The position numbers and the translations under genes are program-made. This document shows, piece by piece, positions 1 through 9,244 of a stretch of DNA of 29,761 nucleotides. The stretch covers positions 1-29,761 of the forward strand of contig CBDCXV010000004.1 of assembly GCA_965223905.1 (NCBI GenBank), read 5' to 3'. Under the pieces are notes generated by a model. That model worked only from the letters and a program-made list of their open reading frames with translations, had not been told where the DNA came from and ran no database searches. Positions within the stretch are counted from its first letter, which is position 1, and each line of letters begins with the position of its first letter. This DNA comes from Candidatus Latescibacterota bacterium (GTDB taxonomy: Bacteria > Latescibacterota > UBA2968 > UBA8231).

Positions 1-1682
1 GCCGCCGGAGGGGTCATCCATTTCCGCACCCGCCCCGCGGCCGCTACGGCCGGTTTCGAGCCGGCGGTGATCGTCGGCTCGGACGGCATGAGACAGGTGC
101 GGGCGTCCGCTGATTTCTCGCGCTCCGGGCACGCTCTCCTTCTCAGCGCCGGCCAGCTCGAGCGGGAAGGGTACCGCGATCACGCAAGCGGCCTCTGGCG
201 GCGCTTCAATTTCGCCGGCACCCACCCGGTCTCCGGGTCGGTTGCGGTATCCTCGGTTTTCAATTTCGTCGACGCCCCCTACCTGCTGAATCCGAGCTCC
301 CTGTCCCGCGAGGCCGCGGACAGCGACCCGCGCAGCGCCCGCTTCTTCGTGCGCTCCCAGGGCGCTTCGAAGCGGTTGCGCCAGGGACAGGGGGGGTTGA
401 CGCTGACCGCGGCCCGAGGCCGCAGCCATCTGCAGCTCACCCTCTACGGCCTGGCGCGCTCCCTCGACAACCCGATTCCCGGCCGCATCATCGAGCTCGA
501 CCGCCGCGGCGGCGGGGTGCGCTCGACCTTCACCCGGCCCCTGCGCCTGGCCGGCAGGGAAGGGCGCCTGACGGCAGGGGTCGACATCGAAGGCCAGTGG
601 GACGAGCGCGCCGAGTTCGCCAACGAAGGGTTGCCGGAGGAGCGGATCGACGCCCTGCCTGCCTCCGAGGTGCTCGACGCCGTCGTCTACGGAGAGCGCT
701 CGCTGCTGCAGGACGAGCAGGTGACCGGCCTCGGGCCGTTCGCCGCCTTCGACCTCAAGCTGTCTCCGCGCTGGACCCTGTCGGCAGGCGGCCGTTTCGA
801 CCGCTACCGGTTCGAAGCCGGGGACCGCCACCTCGCCGACGGCAGCGACGACAGCGGGGAGCGCACCATGAGCCGTTTCAGCCCCGCCATCGGGGTCGCC
901 TTCTCCCCCCGGGAGCAGGTCACCGCCTTCGCCAACTACGCCACCGCCTTCCAGACCCCGACCACCGTCGAGCTGAACAACCGCCCCGGTGGGGCCGGCG
1001 GCTTCAACCCCGACCTCGACCCGGAGCTGCTGCGCAGCCTGGAGGCCGGGCTCAGGGGAGCGTGGACCCGGCCGGCACTGGAGTACTCCCTGGCGCTCTT
1101 CCGCTTCACCCTCGACGACATGCTGATCCCGTACCAGCTCGCCGCAGCGACGAGATCTTCTACCGCAACGCCGGACGCACGGGCAACCGCGGCCTGGAGA
1201 CGCGGGTCTCCTGGACGCCGCGGCCGCGGTGGAGGCTTTCGCTGAGCTACTCGTTCGGCGACTTCACCTTCGAGGAGTTCGCCGTCGAGAGAGACGGGGA
1301 ACCGGTGCAGCTCGCCGGCAACCAGGTGCCGGGCACGCCGCGCCACCAGCTCTGGTCGCAGCTGGAGTACCGCCTCTCCGCATTCACGGGCCGGCTCGAG
1401 CTGCGCCGGGTAGGGGAGTACTTCGCCAACGATTTCAACGGGCCGCCCCCGGGAGTCGACAAGCCTCGGGGCGACTACGTCAACCTCGCCTTCACCACCC
1501 TCGACCTCCGCCTCGCGCTGCGGTCGCGGTGGCCTCGCCCCCTGGAGCTGTTCGCCGGCGCCGGCAATCTCCTCGACGCCGCCTACAGCGGCTCGGTGGT
1601 GCCCAACGCCTTCGGCGACCGCTTCTTCGAGCCGGCCCCCGGGCGTTCCGCTGACGCCGGGCTCTCGCTCCTGTTTGACTGA
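1..1682 (+). CDS. TonB-dependent outer-membrane receptor (5' end outside window), interrupted by a single-base frameshift at ~1143-1146
   Basis: Frame 1 is open from base 1 (AAGGVIHFRT, plug-domain end motif) through beta-barrel motifs (LSAGGRFDRY, FSPAIGVAF, FANYATAFQTPTTVEL, NPDLDPE, SLEAGLR). After YQLA the barrel continues in frame 3 (SDEIFYRNAGRTGNRGLE...AGNLLDAAY...PAPGRSADAGLSLLFD*). Confidence 0.9.
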
Positions 1683-2650
1683 GCCTCGGCACCTTCCGCC
1701 TTGCGCAGGCGGGCGACGAAGAACCCCTCCATGACGCCGTCCGGCCAGATCCGCAAGGCCCGCTTCAGGCCCGGGTCCAGCTCCTTCTTGCGCCAGCGCG
1801 TGATTCCCGCGGACCCGGAGGCCAGCGCAAGCTCGATCCCCTCCAGGCGCAGGCAGCCGAAGCGCCGCAGGGCCCACTCGACGATCAGCTCGTTCTCTTC
1901 CGGGGCGAAGGTGCAGGTGCAATAGACGAGCAGACCGCCCGGCCTCAGGGCCCGGACCGCGGAGTACAGCAGCCGCCTCTGCCGGCGGCCCATCTCCCGG
2001 ATCTTCCTCTCGCTCCAGCGCGCCAACGGCCGGGGGTCCGTTGTCGTGAAGCGGCCCTCCCCGGTGCAGGGGGCGTCGAGGAGGACGCGGTCGAAATGCT
2101 CCGGCCGCACCCTCCAGACGCCGGCCCCGTCCCTGAGATAGGTGTCGGCGTTCTCGACTCCGAGCTGCTCGAGGGTGCGCCGCAGGCGGAAGAAGCGCGG
2201 CCGCGACGACTCCACCGCGGCGATGCGGCCGCTGTTTCCCATGAGAGCGGCTATGTGGGAGGTCTTGCCGCCTGGCGCCGCGGCGAGGTCGAGCACCTCT
2301 TCCCCCGGCTGCGGATCGAGCACCAGGGCTGGGATCATGCTCGAGGGGTTCTGAATGAACAGCCGGCCCTCGGCGTTGGCCCGCGTCTCGGTCAGGGCGC
2401 GCCGCTGCTCTCCGCCGACCGCGAAGGCGCCGGAGATCCCGGGCACGGGACGCAGCGCGAACCCCGAGGACTCCAGCTCCGCCCGCAGCGAGCCGGCGTC
2501 CGTTTTCAGGCTGTTGCAGCGGAACGCCGTGGCCCGCTCCTGCTCGAAGGCCGACCAGTCGACCTCGACCCCGGCATGCGACCCGATTCCGGTCAGGCGC
2601 TCGACGAAGGCCGGCGGCAGCGCGGTCCCGGATTCGGACAGACTCTCCAT
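1583..2650 (-). CDS. RsmB/NOP2/RsmF-family SAM-dependent RNA cytosine-C5 methyltransferase (short form, core domain only)
   Basis: Motifs IQNPSSMIP, VLDLAAAPGGKTSH (SAM binding), VLLDAPCTGEG (PC motif), LVYCTCTFAPEENE (TC motif) and EGFFVARLRK. The 3' tail overlaps the receptor gene by ~100 bp. Confidence 0.92.
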   Translation of the reverse strand: MESLSESGTALPPAFVERLTGIGSHAGVEVDWSAFEQERATAFRCNSLKTDAGSLRAELESSGFALRPVPGISGAFAVGGEQRRALTETRANAEGRLFIQNPSSMIPALVLDPQPGEEVLDLAAAPGGKTSHIAALMGNSGRIAAVESSRPRFFRLRRTLEQLGVENADTYLRDGAGVWRVRPEHFDRVLLDAPCTGEGRFTTTDPRPLARWSERKIREMGRRQRRLLYSAVRALRPGGLLVYCTCTFAPEENELIVEWALRRFGCLRLEGIELALASGSAGITRWRKKELDPGLKRALRIWPDGVMEGFFVARLRKAEGAEAQSNRSESPASAERPGAGSKKRSPKALGTTEPL

Positions 2651-2972
2651 GTATCTATGCCCCCTCCACCGGATGGCCCGGCGCCCGTTTCCCGTTCGAC
2701 GCCGGGAGCCGCGCGGGACGCTCGAGTCCCCGGATGCTCCGACATACGTTTCGGCTGGTCCGTCTGCTGCGGGGCTGGCGTGCTTTCAAGGTCGTCCTCT
2801 CCTGCTTTACGTGCCATGTAACCGCGCTTGGGGTAGTTTGTGCGCGACACTGTGGAACACCGGAGACCCGGTCGAGGACCTGACACCCACGGCAGGTCCG
2901 AGCCCTCACAGGCCGCAGCTTCGGCGAATTGCCTGCCCGACTGTGCCGGCTTTGTGCCCCGAGGAGAATGAG

Positions 2973-3992
2973 ATGGCGAGGATTCTGCGACAGGCCACCG
3001 TCGTGCGTGACGGAAATCACAACGCCTTCACCGATCTTCAGTACTGGCAGGGATGCTACTGGGTAGCGTACCGCAAGGGCGCGGGCCACGTATCCATGGA
3101 TGGCGCCGCGACCCTTTCAGTGTCCTGCGACCGCACCCGATTTCGCGAAGTCGCGCAGATTCACACGCCCGGCGACAATCGCGACCCCAAGCTTCTGCCG
3201 GTGAGCGAGGACCGGATGGCCCTGTACTTCCCGAGCTGGACACGCGGCTACGAGGCCCGGGAACTGCAGCAATACATCACCTTTTCGGGTGACGGACACG
3301 ATTGGGAGAAACCCGCTCCCATCCTCTCCTCCGGAAATTGGCTCTGGCGCGTCCGGCGACACGACGATCGCTACTACGGACTGATTCAGAACCTTGCCGG
3401 GGAGTGGGACCGCGAGGGCATGCCGCACCAGCTCGACCTGGCAGTGAGCGACGACCTTCTCGAGTGGGAGGTCATCGCCCGGGTTGGCGAGGAGTACGGG
3501 CTGAACGAAAGCGACATTTACTGGCGGGACGATGGCGAAGCCTGGATCATCTCGCGCAGCGTCGTCAAGCACTTCGGCAGCTGCTTCTGCTCGGCGCAGC
3601 CGCCCTACACCGAGTGGCAGGCTACCGAGCTGTCGCCGATGGTGCATGCGCCCGTTTTCCTGCACTGCGAAGGAGAGCTCTATGTCGCCGGCCGCAACAT
3701 GCCTTCCGTCGAAGGGGACGTCACCTTTCCGTTCAAGTCCGCCAGCCTGGGCATCTGGCGGGTCCGACGCGAAGAGCTCGAACCCGTCCTGCGCATTCCC
3801 GCTACCGGCGATTGCTCCTATCCCGGCATGATCCTGGACCCCGAAGGCCGAGTCTGCTTGAGTTACCACTCTCAGCACGCATATCACATGGGAGTGCTGC
3901 CCCTCCCGTCGCGCGTCCGGCCGCATCCCGACAACGCCGCCTCCCTGCTGGAGGCGGATGACGTGTACTTCGCCGAACTCGAACTGCCGTGA
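2973..3992 (+). CDS. Sialidase-like/BNR-type beta-propeller protein, putative glycoside hydrolase
   Basis: ATG at 2973 follows GAGGAG at 2961. Motifs HNAFTDL, DNRDPKL, WLWRV, NESDI and GDCSYPGM...SYHS are typical of uncharacterised sialidase-like propellers. The longer ORF from 2355 has no protein-like N-terminal extension. Confidence 0.7.
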   Translation: MARILRQATVVRDGNHNAFTDLQYWQGCYWVAYRKGAGHVSMDGAATLSVSCDRTRFREVAQIHTPGDNRDPKLLPVSEDRMALYFPSWTRGYEARELQQYITFSGDGHDWEKPAPILSSGNWLWRVRRHDDRYYGLIQNLAGEWDREGMPHQLDLAVSDDLLEWEVIARVGEEYGLNESDIYWRDDGEAWIISRSVVKHFGSCFCSAQPPYTEWQATELSPMVHAPVFLHCEGELYVAGRNMPSVEGDVTFPFKSASLGIWRVRREELEPVLRIPATGDCSYPGMILDPEGRVCLSYHSQHAYHMGVLPLPSRVRPHPDNAASLLEADDVYFAELELP

Positions 3993-4088
3993 GCCGCGCA
4001 CTCACACCACAGCCGCCGGGGATGGAAATCGGCCGCACCGACACCGTCGAGCTGGGCTGACCCCGCAAACCCGCACCGTCCGTCTCCG

Positions 4089-6029
4089 TTGCCGCGACCC
4101 AGGTCGCCCTTCACTGCCAAGGGGTTCATCGTCGGGACCGTGTTCTCGGTCGCGGTGAGCCTGTGCGCGCCGTACGTCGTCTTCGTGCTCCAGGCCTCGG
4201 CCATGGGGATCAACAGCTCCTCGCCGGGGGCCATCTTCTTCTTCTTCCTCCTCGTCTTCGCCGTCAACGTCCTGCTCGGCCTGGTCGGGAGATGCTTCTC
4301 CCTCGGCCGGGGGGATTTCGTCCTCGTCTACGCCATGCTGATGATGGCGGTGACCGCGCCGACTTACAACTTCCTCAACTTCCTCATCGTCATAATCACC
4401 GGGCCGTACTACATGGCCACCGCGGAGAACGAGTTCGCCTCGATCTACCACCCCTACATCCCCGACTGGATGGTTCCCCAGGACCGCTACGCGATCTTCC
4501 ATCTCTACGAAGGCCTGCCCCGCGGCGAGTCGATCCCCTGGGGAGCCTGGATCGAGCCGCTCGGCCACTGGTTCGCCTTCTACCTCGCGCTGAGCTTCAT
4601 GATGTTCTGCATGGCCGCGATCATGCACCGGCAGTGGTCGCGGCACGAGCGCCTCAGCTATCCGATGGTGCAGCTGCCGGCGCGCATGCTCGACGGGGCC
4701 GACTCACCCGGCGGCCGCATCCTGCCCTTCTTCAGGAAGAGGGGGATGTGGCTGGGTTTCGCCATCCCCTTCACGCTTTTCAGCCTCACCGGGCTGAACC
4801 ACTACTACCCGAGCATACCGGAGTTCCCCTTCTACCTCGGCTGGGTGAACTGGTTTCGAAGTATCGATGCCTGGGGCGAAGGAATCGCCCTGAGCTACGC
4901 CTGGCTCGGCTTCTTCTACCTCGTCGACCTCGACATCTCCTTCAGCATCTGGTTCTTCTACCTCGTGCTCAAGCTGCAGGGCGGGCTCTTCCGCCGTGTC
5001 GGCATCGCCAGCAGCGAGCGGCTCAGCTATTTCGAGTACTCGCAGACCGCGGACTTCTTCCACCAGGCCGCCGGGGCCGTCATCGTCTTCGTCCTCTACG
5101 GCCTGTGGATCGCCCGCCGCCACCTGCGCGACGTCGTCGTCAAGGCCTGGCGGCCCTCGCAGGGAGTGGACGACAGCGAAGAGCTTATGCCCTACAGGCT
5201 GGCCTTCTTCGGCGCGATCGGCTCGGGGATCTTCGTCTGCGCCTGGCTCTGGCGGTCGGGCATTCCGCTGGTCGTCCTGCCGCTCTTCTTCGGCGTCTGC
5301 CTCATCTACTACCTCTTCGTCACCCGCGTCGTCGCCGCCAGCGGGGTGCCGACGGCGCGCCCTCCCCTGATCGCCCCGTACTTCGTCATATCGGGAATGG
5401 GCACCTCCATTCTCGGCGCCAAGGGGATGGTGGCGCTCGGGTTCACGATGGCCTGGCAGGCGGAGATGCGGCTGTTTCCGATGCTCGCCTGCGCCAACGC
5501 CCTCAAGCTGGCCGAGAGCGTCCCCGGATCGAAGAGACGGCTGCTGTGGGCCATGCTGCTGGCTCTCATATGCAGTCTGGCCGCGGCAACCTGGATGAAC
5601 CTGCGCATGGGCTACACGTACGGCGGCAACAACCTCGGCACCTATCCCGGGTTCGCCTACAGCTGGAACTACCTGCTGTCGTGGATGCACAACCCGACCG
5701 CACCCGACCTCCGCGGCTGGGTGTTCACCGGCATCGGCGGGACCGTGGAAGGGCTCCTGCTCCTGGCGCAGAAGCGCTGGTTCTGGTGGCCACTTCATCC
5801 GCTGGGGTTCACCGTCGCCGTCGGCTGGCTCACCAGCGAGATCTGGTTCCCCGCCTTTCTCGCTTGGGGCCTCAAGGCGGTCATCCTGGGGTATGGCGGG
5901 ATACGGGTCTACCAGTTCTTCAAGCCGCTCTTCCTCGGCATGATCCTCGGAGAGGTGAGCGTGGCCGGGTTCTGGGCGGTGGTCGACGCGATCGCCGGGG
6001 GCACGGGGAACGTCATCACCTACATGTGA
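4089..6029 (+). CDS. Multi-pass membrane protein, DUF6785/DUF6784-type (putative peptide/solute transporter)
   Basis: Many hydrophobic segments; signature motifs RQWSRHERLSYPMVQLP, WWPLHPLG and KPLFLGMILGE. The TTG start is uncertain. Confidence 0.8.
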   Translation: MPRPRSPFTAKGFIVGTVFSVAVSLCAPYVVFVLQASAMGINSSSPGAIFFFFLLVFAVNVLLGLVGRCFSLGRGDFVLVYAMLMMAVTAPTYNFLNFLIVIITGPYYMATAENEFASIYHPYIPDWMVPQDRYAIFHLYEGLPRGESIPWGAWIEPLGHWFAFYLALSFMMFCMAAIMHRQWSRHERLSYPMVQLPARMLDGADSPGGRILPFFRKRGMWLGFAIPFTLFSLTGLNHYYPSIPEFPFYLGWVNWFRSIDAWGEGIALSYAWLGFFYLVDLDISFSIWFFYLVLKLQGGLFRRVGIASSERLSYFEYSQTADFFHQAAGAVIVFVLYGLWIARRHLRDVVVKAWRPSQGVDDSEELMPYRLAFFGAIGSGIFVCAWLWRSGIPLVVLPLFFGVCLIYYLFVTRVVAASGVPTARPPLIAPYFVISGMGTSILGAKGMVALGFTMAWQAEMRLFPMLACANALKLAESVPGSKRRLLWAMLLALICSLAAATWMNLRMGYTYGGNNLGTYPGFAYSWNYLLSWMHNPTAPDLRGWVFTGIGGTVEGLLLLAQKRWFWWPLHPLGFTVAVGWLTSEIWFPAFLAWGLKAVILGYGGIRVYQFFKPLFLGMILGEVSVAGFWAVVDAIAGGTGNVITYM

Positions 6030-6268
6030 AGGCGGGGGCCGGCACACTGAGAGAGATAGCCAAGCTCGGAGATCAATCTGCTCCTCGAGGCGTTTGCGCG
6101 AGCAATCAAGGCGCTGAACGCACCCACAGGGGCAAAGGTCCCTGAAGATCGTTTGCAGATCCTTCGGCAGGGCTCTCAGTACGGTTAGTTAGGTTGCCGT
6201 TGGGCGGACGCCCCCTGTCCAACAATCCGGGACCACCTCATACAGCCAAGGCACTCCGCTGCGCTTTG

Positions 6269-6889
6269 TCAGCCCGCTTCTTCACCGAGCGTCTCCAAAC
6301 AAGTCACCCAGGCGTTAAATCGCTTACACTCCTGGCGTATCTTCGCCAGCGTGATCCATTTTGCCAAGACTGCGCCGTTCACCACCTTCTGGTATGTCGG
6401 GATCACTTTTTGGATTCTCTTGCTTGGTGCCGAAGTGTCGCTGTCGTTAATGTCCTCAGGCGTTACAAACCGATCTCTAATTCTTTTCAGCTGTTGTACG
6501 TTCGCGGGAGTCACACTTGGTATCTGCCCGAATGCTTCCACGTTTGAGAACAATAGCCCCTCAAATTCGTGCCTCTGTACGTATGGGTAGATCTTACAGC
6601 CGCCGCTGCTCGGCATCCTGTTCCCGACTTCCGCGCATACTCGCTGCTCAAGCTTAGCTACAGTCGCACCTTCCTTACCCTGGAATCCATAATAGTCGAC
6701 CAGCGACGTGACCACGTCGTACGATCTGCATAAAAGACGCATCTCTCGGGCTATCTTATGCTCATTCACTCCGCCCCCAAGGTTGTGCGCATTCGCCAAT
6801 ACGCCTTTTTGACAAAGATGGCTGGCCAGAATTCGTTTGACGAACTCCTCTTCGGTCGGCCCCTCCACCAGGATCGCAACCCGGATCAA
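6269..6889 (-). CDS. DUF4276-like TOPRIM-fold protein (putative nuclease partner of the ABC ATPase)
   Basis: TTG start at 6889 overlaps the upstream TGA (TTGA) and has GGAGG upstream. Motifs ILVEGPTEEEFV, TSLVDYYG, PYVQRHEFEGLLFS, PEDIND, PSKRI, YQKV and IRQECKRFNAWV. Confidence 0.85.
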   Translation of the reverse strand: MIRVAILVEGPTEEEFVKRILASHLCQKGVLANAHNLGGGVNEHKIAREMRLLCRSYDVVTSLVDYYGFQGKEGATVAKLEQRVCAEVGNRMPSSGGCKIYPYVQRHEFEGLLFSNVEAFGQIPSVTPANVQQLKRIRDRFVTPEDINDSDTSAPSKRIQKVIPTYQKVVNGAVLAKWITLAKIRQECKRFNAWVTCLETLGEEAG

Positions 6890-8862
6890 GGGCGCCCTCC
6901 AAGCAGGTTCTTTTGCCACAGTTCGCTGGGCAGAAAACCTTCATCAAGCCATTCTATATAATCATCCGAGGCGAGCGAGCGTGCCCGTGTGCCGTTGTTG
7001 TCCGCTTCCAGTACTACCACTTCATCCAGCTCGAAAGCGTCTATGAGCAACGGCGACTGCGTCGCGACCACGATCTGCCTCTCGTACGACAACGCCTTGA
7101 TCATCCCTCCAACCAGTGCAATACCCGCCGGATGAAGTCCGAGCTCGGGCTCGTCGAGAAGTACGAGAGTCGGCAGAATTTCGGACGGGAGGTTCAACAT
7201 AGTAACCAGCGCGAACAACCGTAACGACCCGTCCGACGTCAGATGGGCGCCCAAGGTCTTGTCGCCGTACGTGGACACCCATCGCAACGCGACCTTCCCC
7301 CGGACCTCTTGAAGATCGAACCGATCAAACCCCGGCAATACGCGACCAATGTGATCGCAAATCAGCTCGTATCGCCGCCGGTCCCTTCGCTCCAGGTGCA
7401 ACAGCACCGCAGCCAGATTGCGGCCGTCACTCGCCAACCGTTGATAGTCTTGAATATCACAAGGTTTCTTGAATCCCGAGTCTCTTGATGTGTCATGGAA
7501 TTGGTACACCCGACACTCTCCGAGCAGACGCACGATATTTCCTGCCACGCGCGAGTGGATTGTCGCGGGGCGGGGCCGATGGCCGACCTCGACTAACCCC
7601 GCCTCGACGCCCCCCGTGCTGCTCTCGATCGGCTGCCAGTCCGCATTTTCGTGCTCCTCATGTCGAAAGCGGCAGGCTTCGTCCGCAAACAACAGCCGAT
7701 CTTCGCTTCCGTATTTGAGCGAAAACCGATAGTCGTAGTAGTCCGCCTCTCCGACCCGTAGGGTAACTTCAACCTCAACGCGCGGCGTTGCCTTGCTGCC
7801 GTTGAATAGCTGATCGTCCCCGCCTCCGTGTTCGCCCACAAAATTTGCCAAACGGCGGGATCCCAGCATGCGATGCATCATCTCGAAGAGTCGGATGACG
7901 TTCGACTTGCCGCACCCGTTAGGTCCGATCATGGCCACCAAGTGCCCCAGCCCGCCCAGTTCCACACACCTAAGAGAGCGGAACCCTCGCACCCGAACCG
8001 ACTCCACGCACGCGCCCCCGCCGAAGTCGTCCGTGCCGTCGGATTGAATGAGGTATCGAAAGCGCAGTTCGTCGATGTCGTCCTCCCGCGTACTATCCTT
8101 CACGTCCAGCACCTGCACTGCGGCGTAGTAGCCGTTGACGTTACGCAATACGACAATCTCACCTTCGCGGGGTGTCCGTGTACGGCCCCCGTAATCGAGG
8201 AACCGCGCGTCAATGATCTGCTCTATCGACGTATATCCTGAGGCCAGAGCCACCCCTTCGATCGACGGCGCGTCATTGTAGACATGGATGCTAGTGGAAT
8301 TGCATTTACTCCACATGGTCTCGAACTTCAGTTCGCCTCGCCCGATAACGAAATTATCGCCCCTGTCGTAGTCCAACCACACCGCCTCGCCCACCAGCGC
8401 CGTCAGCTGCGGACATTTGGCTCCGCCAGCGCCCCCACCTTGCGCCCGATAGTTAAAGAGCTTTTGGCCGATGCCTTCGGCTATTTGCGTAAGCGCGTAT
8501 TCGTCTGCTCCTTTGCAATCAGTGCCCGAGGGTAATCCATCCGGAACGGGAGTGTCATCGAAGCGCAACGGCACCACAGCGCCACTCCGTTTTGAAATCT
8601 CAGAGAGGATCAAGCCCCTTTCGTCTCGTTCCCATGCCCGGTCAAGGTATTGTCTGGATAACAACAAGACGACGAGCTCCGCTCGTTCCAGACCCGCATG
8701 CCGGTCTGCATCCGCGATGCGCGGCGCCAACTCGGAGTTCTCGAAGTAGTCGCAAAAGACCGCTACCCCCTTACGTTGCAGCTCCCGCGTCAGCGTCTCA
8801 GCGACGGCGCGTTGTTCGCGAACAAACAAGAGCGCTACTTCATGGACCTTGGTATCGGCCAT
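6886..8862 (-). CDS. TIR domain + uncharacterised domain + AAA_21/COG4637-type ABC ATPase fusion protein
   Basis: ATG at 8862 with GGAG RBS. N-terminal TIR-like segment (EVALLF..EQR, GVAVFCDYFE, LLLSRQYLDRAWERDER, VVPLRFDDTPVPDGL). Middle domain (FVIGRGELKFETMWSK..SIHVYND..RTPREGEIVVLRNVNGYYAAV..YLIQSDG). C-terminal ATPase with GFRSL, Walker A GPNGCGKSN, YQFHDTS, signature TSDGSLR, Walker B LLDEPELGLHP and ATQSP. Confidence 0.88.
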   Translation of the reverse strand: MADTKVHEVALLFVREQRAVAETLTRELQRKGVAVFCDYFENSELAPRIADADRHAGLERAELVVLLLSRQYLDRAWERDERGLILSEISKRSGAVVPLRFDDTPVPDGLPSGTDCKGADEYALTQIAEGIGQKLFNYRAQGGGAGGAKCPQLTALVGEAVWLDYDRGDNFVIGRGELKFETMWSKCNSTSIHVYNDAPSIEGVALASGYTSIEQIIDARFLDYGGRTRTPREGEIVVLRNVNGYYAAVQVLDVKDSTREDDIDELRFRYLIQSDGTDDFGGGACVESVRVRGFRSLRCVELGGLGHLVAMIGPNGCGKSNVIRLFEMMHRMLGSRRLANFVGEHGGGDDQLFNGSKATPRVEVEVTLRVGEADYYDYRFSLKYGSEDRLLFADEACRFRHEEHENADWQPIESSTGGVEAGLVEVGHRPRPATIHSRVAGNIVRLLGECRVYQFHDTSRDSGFKKPCDIQDYQRLASDGRNLAAVLLHLERRDRRRYELICDHIGRVLPGFDRFDLQEVRGKVALRWVSTYGDKTLGAHLTSDGSLRLFALVTMLNLPSEILPTLVLLDEPELGLHPAGIALVGGMIKALSYERQIVVATQSPLLIDAFELDEVVVLEADNNGTRARSLASDDYIEWLDEGFLPSELWQKNLLGGRP

Positions 8863-9090
8863 ATTGCTCCCTTTCCCTGACTGGATTTCCGGCACGTCGG
8901 GACGAACAACGCAGTCATAGCGAATTGCAAACCCCCTATAGCTGTCAGCACGTCTTTGGCTCCCAGATCCTCGTTCCCGAGGGCAAACAGCCCCTCAACC
9001 AATGGTAACATGTAGGTGGCAGCCCTGCCGGTCCTGCGAGAACACCAGCCGGAAGATGAACAGCACTATCAACCACGTGTTCAGCACGTG

Positions 9091-9140
9091 CGGGCCGAAT
9101 TCGAACCTGCGACCTTCAGGTTCTGAGCCCGAACCCTACC
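9091..9140 (-). pseudogene. Degenerate partial tRNA resembling initiator tRNA-fMet (anticodon arm and T arm only), possible att-site scar
   Basis: The minus strand reads GGTAGGGTTCGGGCTCAGAACCTGAAGGTCGCAGGTTCGAATTCGGCCCG, versus typical tRNA-fMet GGTAGCTCGTCGGGCTCATAACCTGAAGGTCGCAGGTTCAAATCCTGCCCCC. The anticodon reads CAG instead of CAT, the T stem is mismatched, and there is no acceptor stem or CCA. Confidence 0.7.
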
Positions 9141-9142
9141 CC

Positions 9143-9238
9143 TCAAAGACCGTACAGCCGCGCACAGTAATCCCACAGGATCTTCCGCTTCGCCTCCTTG
9201 GAGACGCCTTCGACCTCCAGGAACTCTTCCACGGCGTG
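9143..9238 (-). pseudogene. C-terminal remnant of an amidohydrolase (Amidohydro_2-like) gene
   Basis: My translation is HAVEEFLEVEGVSKEAKRKILWDYCARLYGL*, matching the KRKILxxNxARLYGL C-terminus of this family. The upstream part is replaced by the direct repeat. Confidence 0.65.
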
Positions 9239-9244
9239 GGAGAG

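Noticed and set aside
2872-2902. Hairpin GGACCTG-N10-CAGGTCC in the divergent intergenic region (possible riboswitch)
   Set aside because: A single short stem in GC-rich DNA with no recognisable aptamer motif; an Rfam scan would be needed.
3989-4088. Propeller TGA in frame with the membrane gene (possible readthrough), and a 23-aa GTG-start mini-ORF at 3989-4060
   Set aside because: No SECIS-like or recoding signal is evident and the linker is not protein-like. This only makes the membrane gene's start uncertain.
6061-6188. Possible gene tail (..EINLLLEAFARAIKALNAP..QYG*) at the left island edge
   Set aside because: Short, with no start codon and no recognisable family.
9091-9140. Functional tRNA-Leu(CAG)
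   Set aside because: No acceptor stem, complete D arm, long variable arm or CCA. The body is fMet-like, so it is treated as a remnant.
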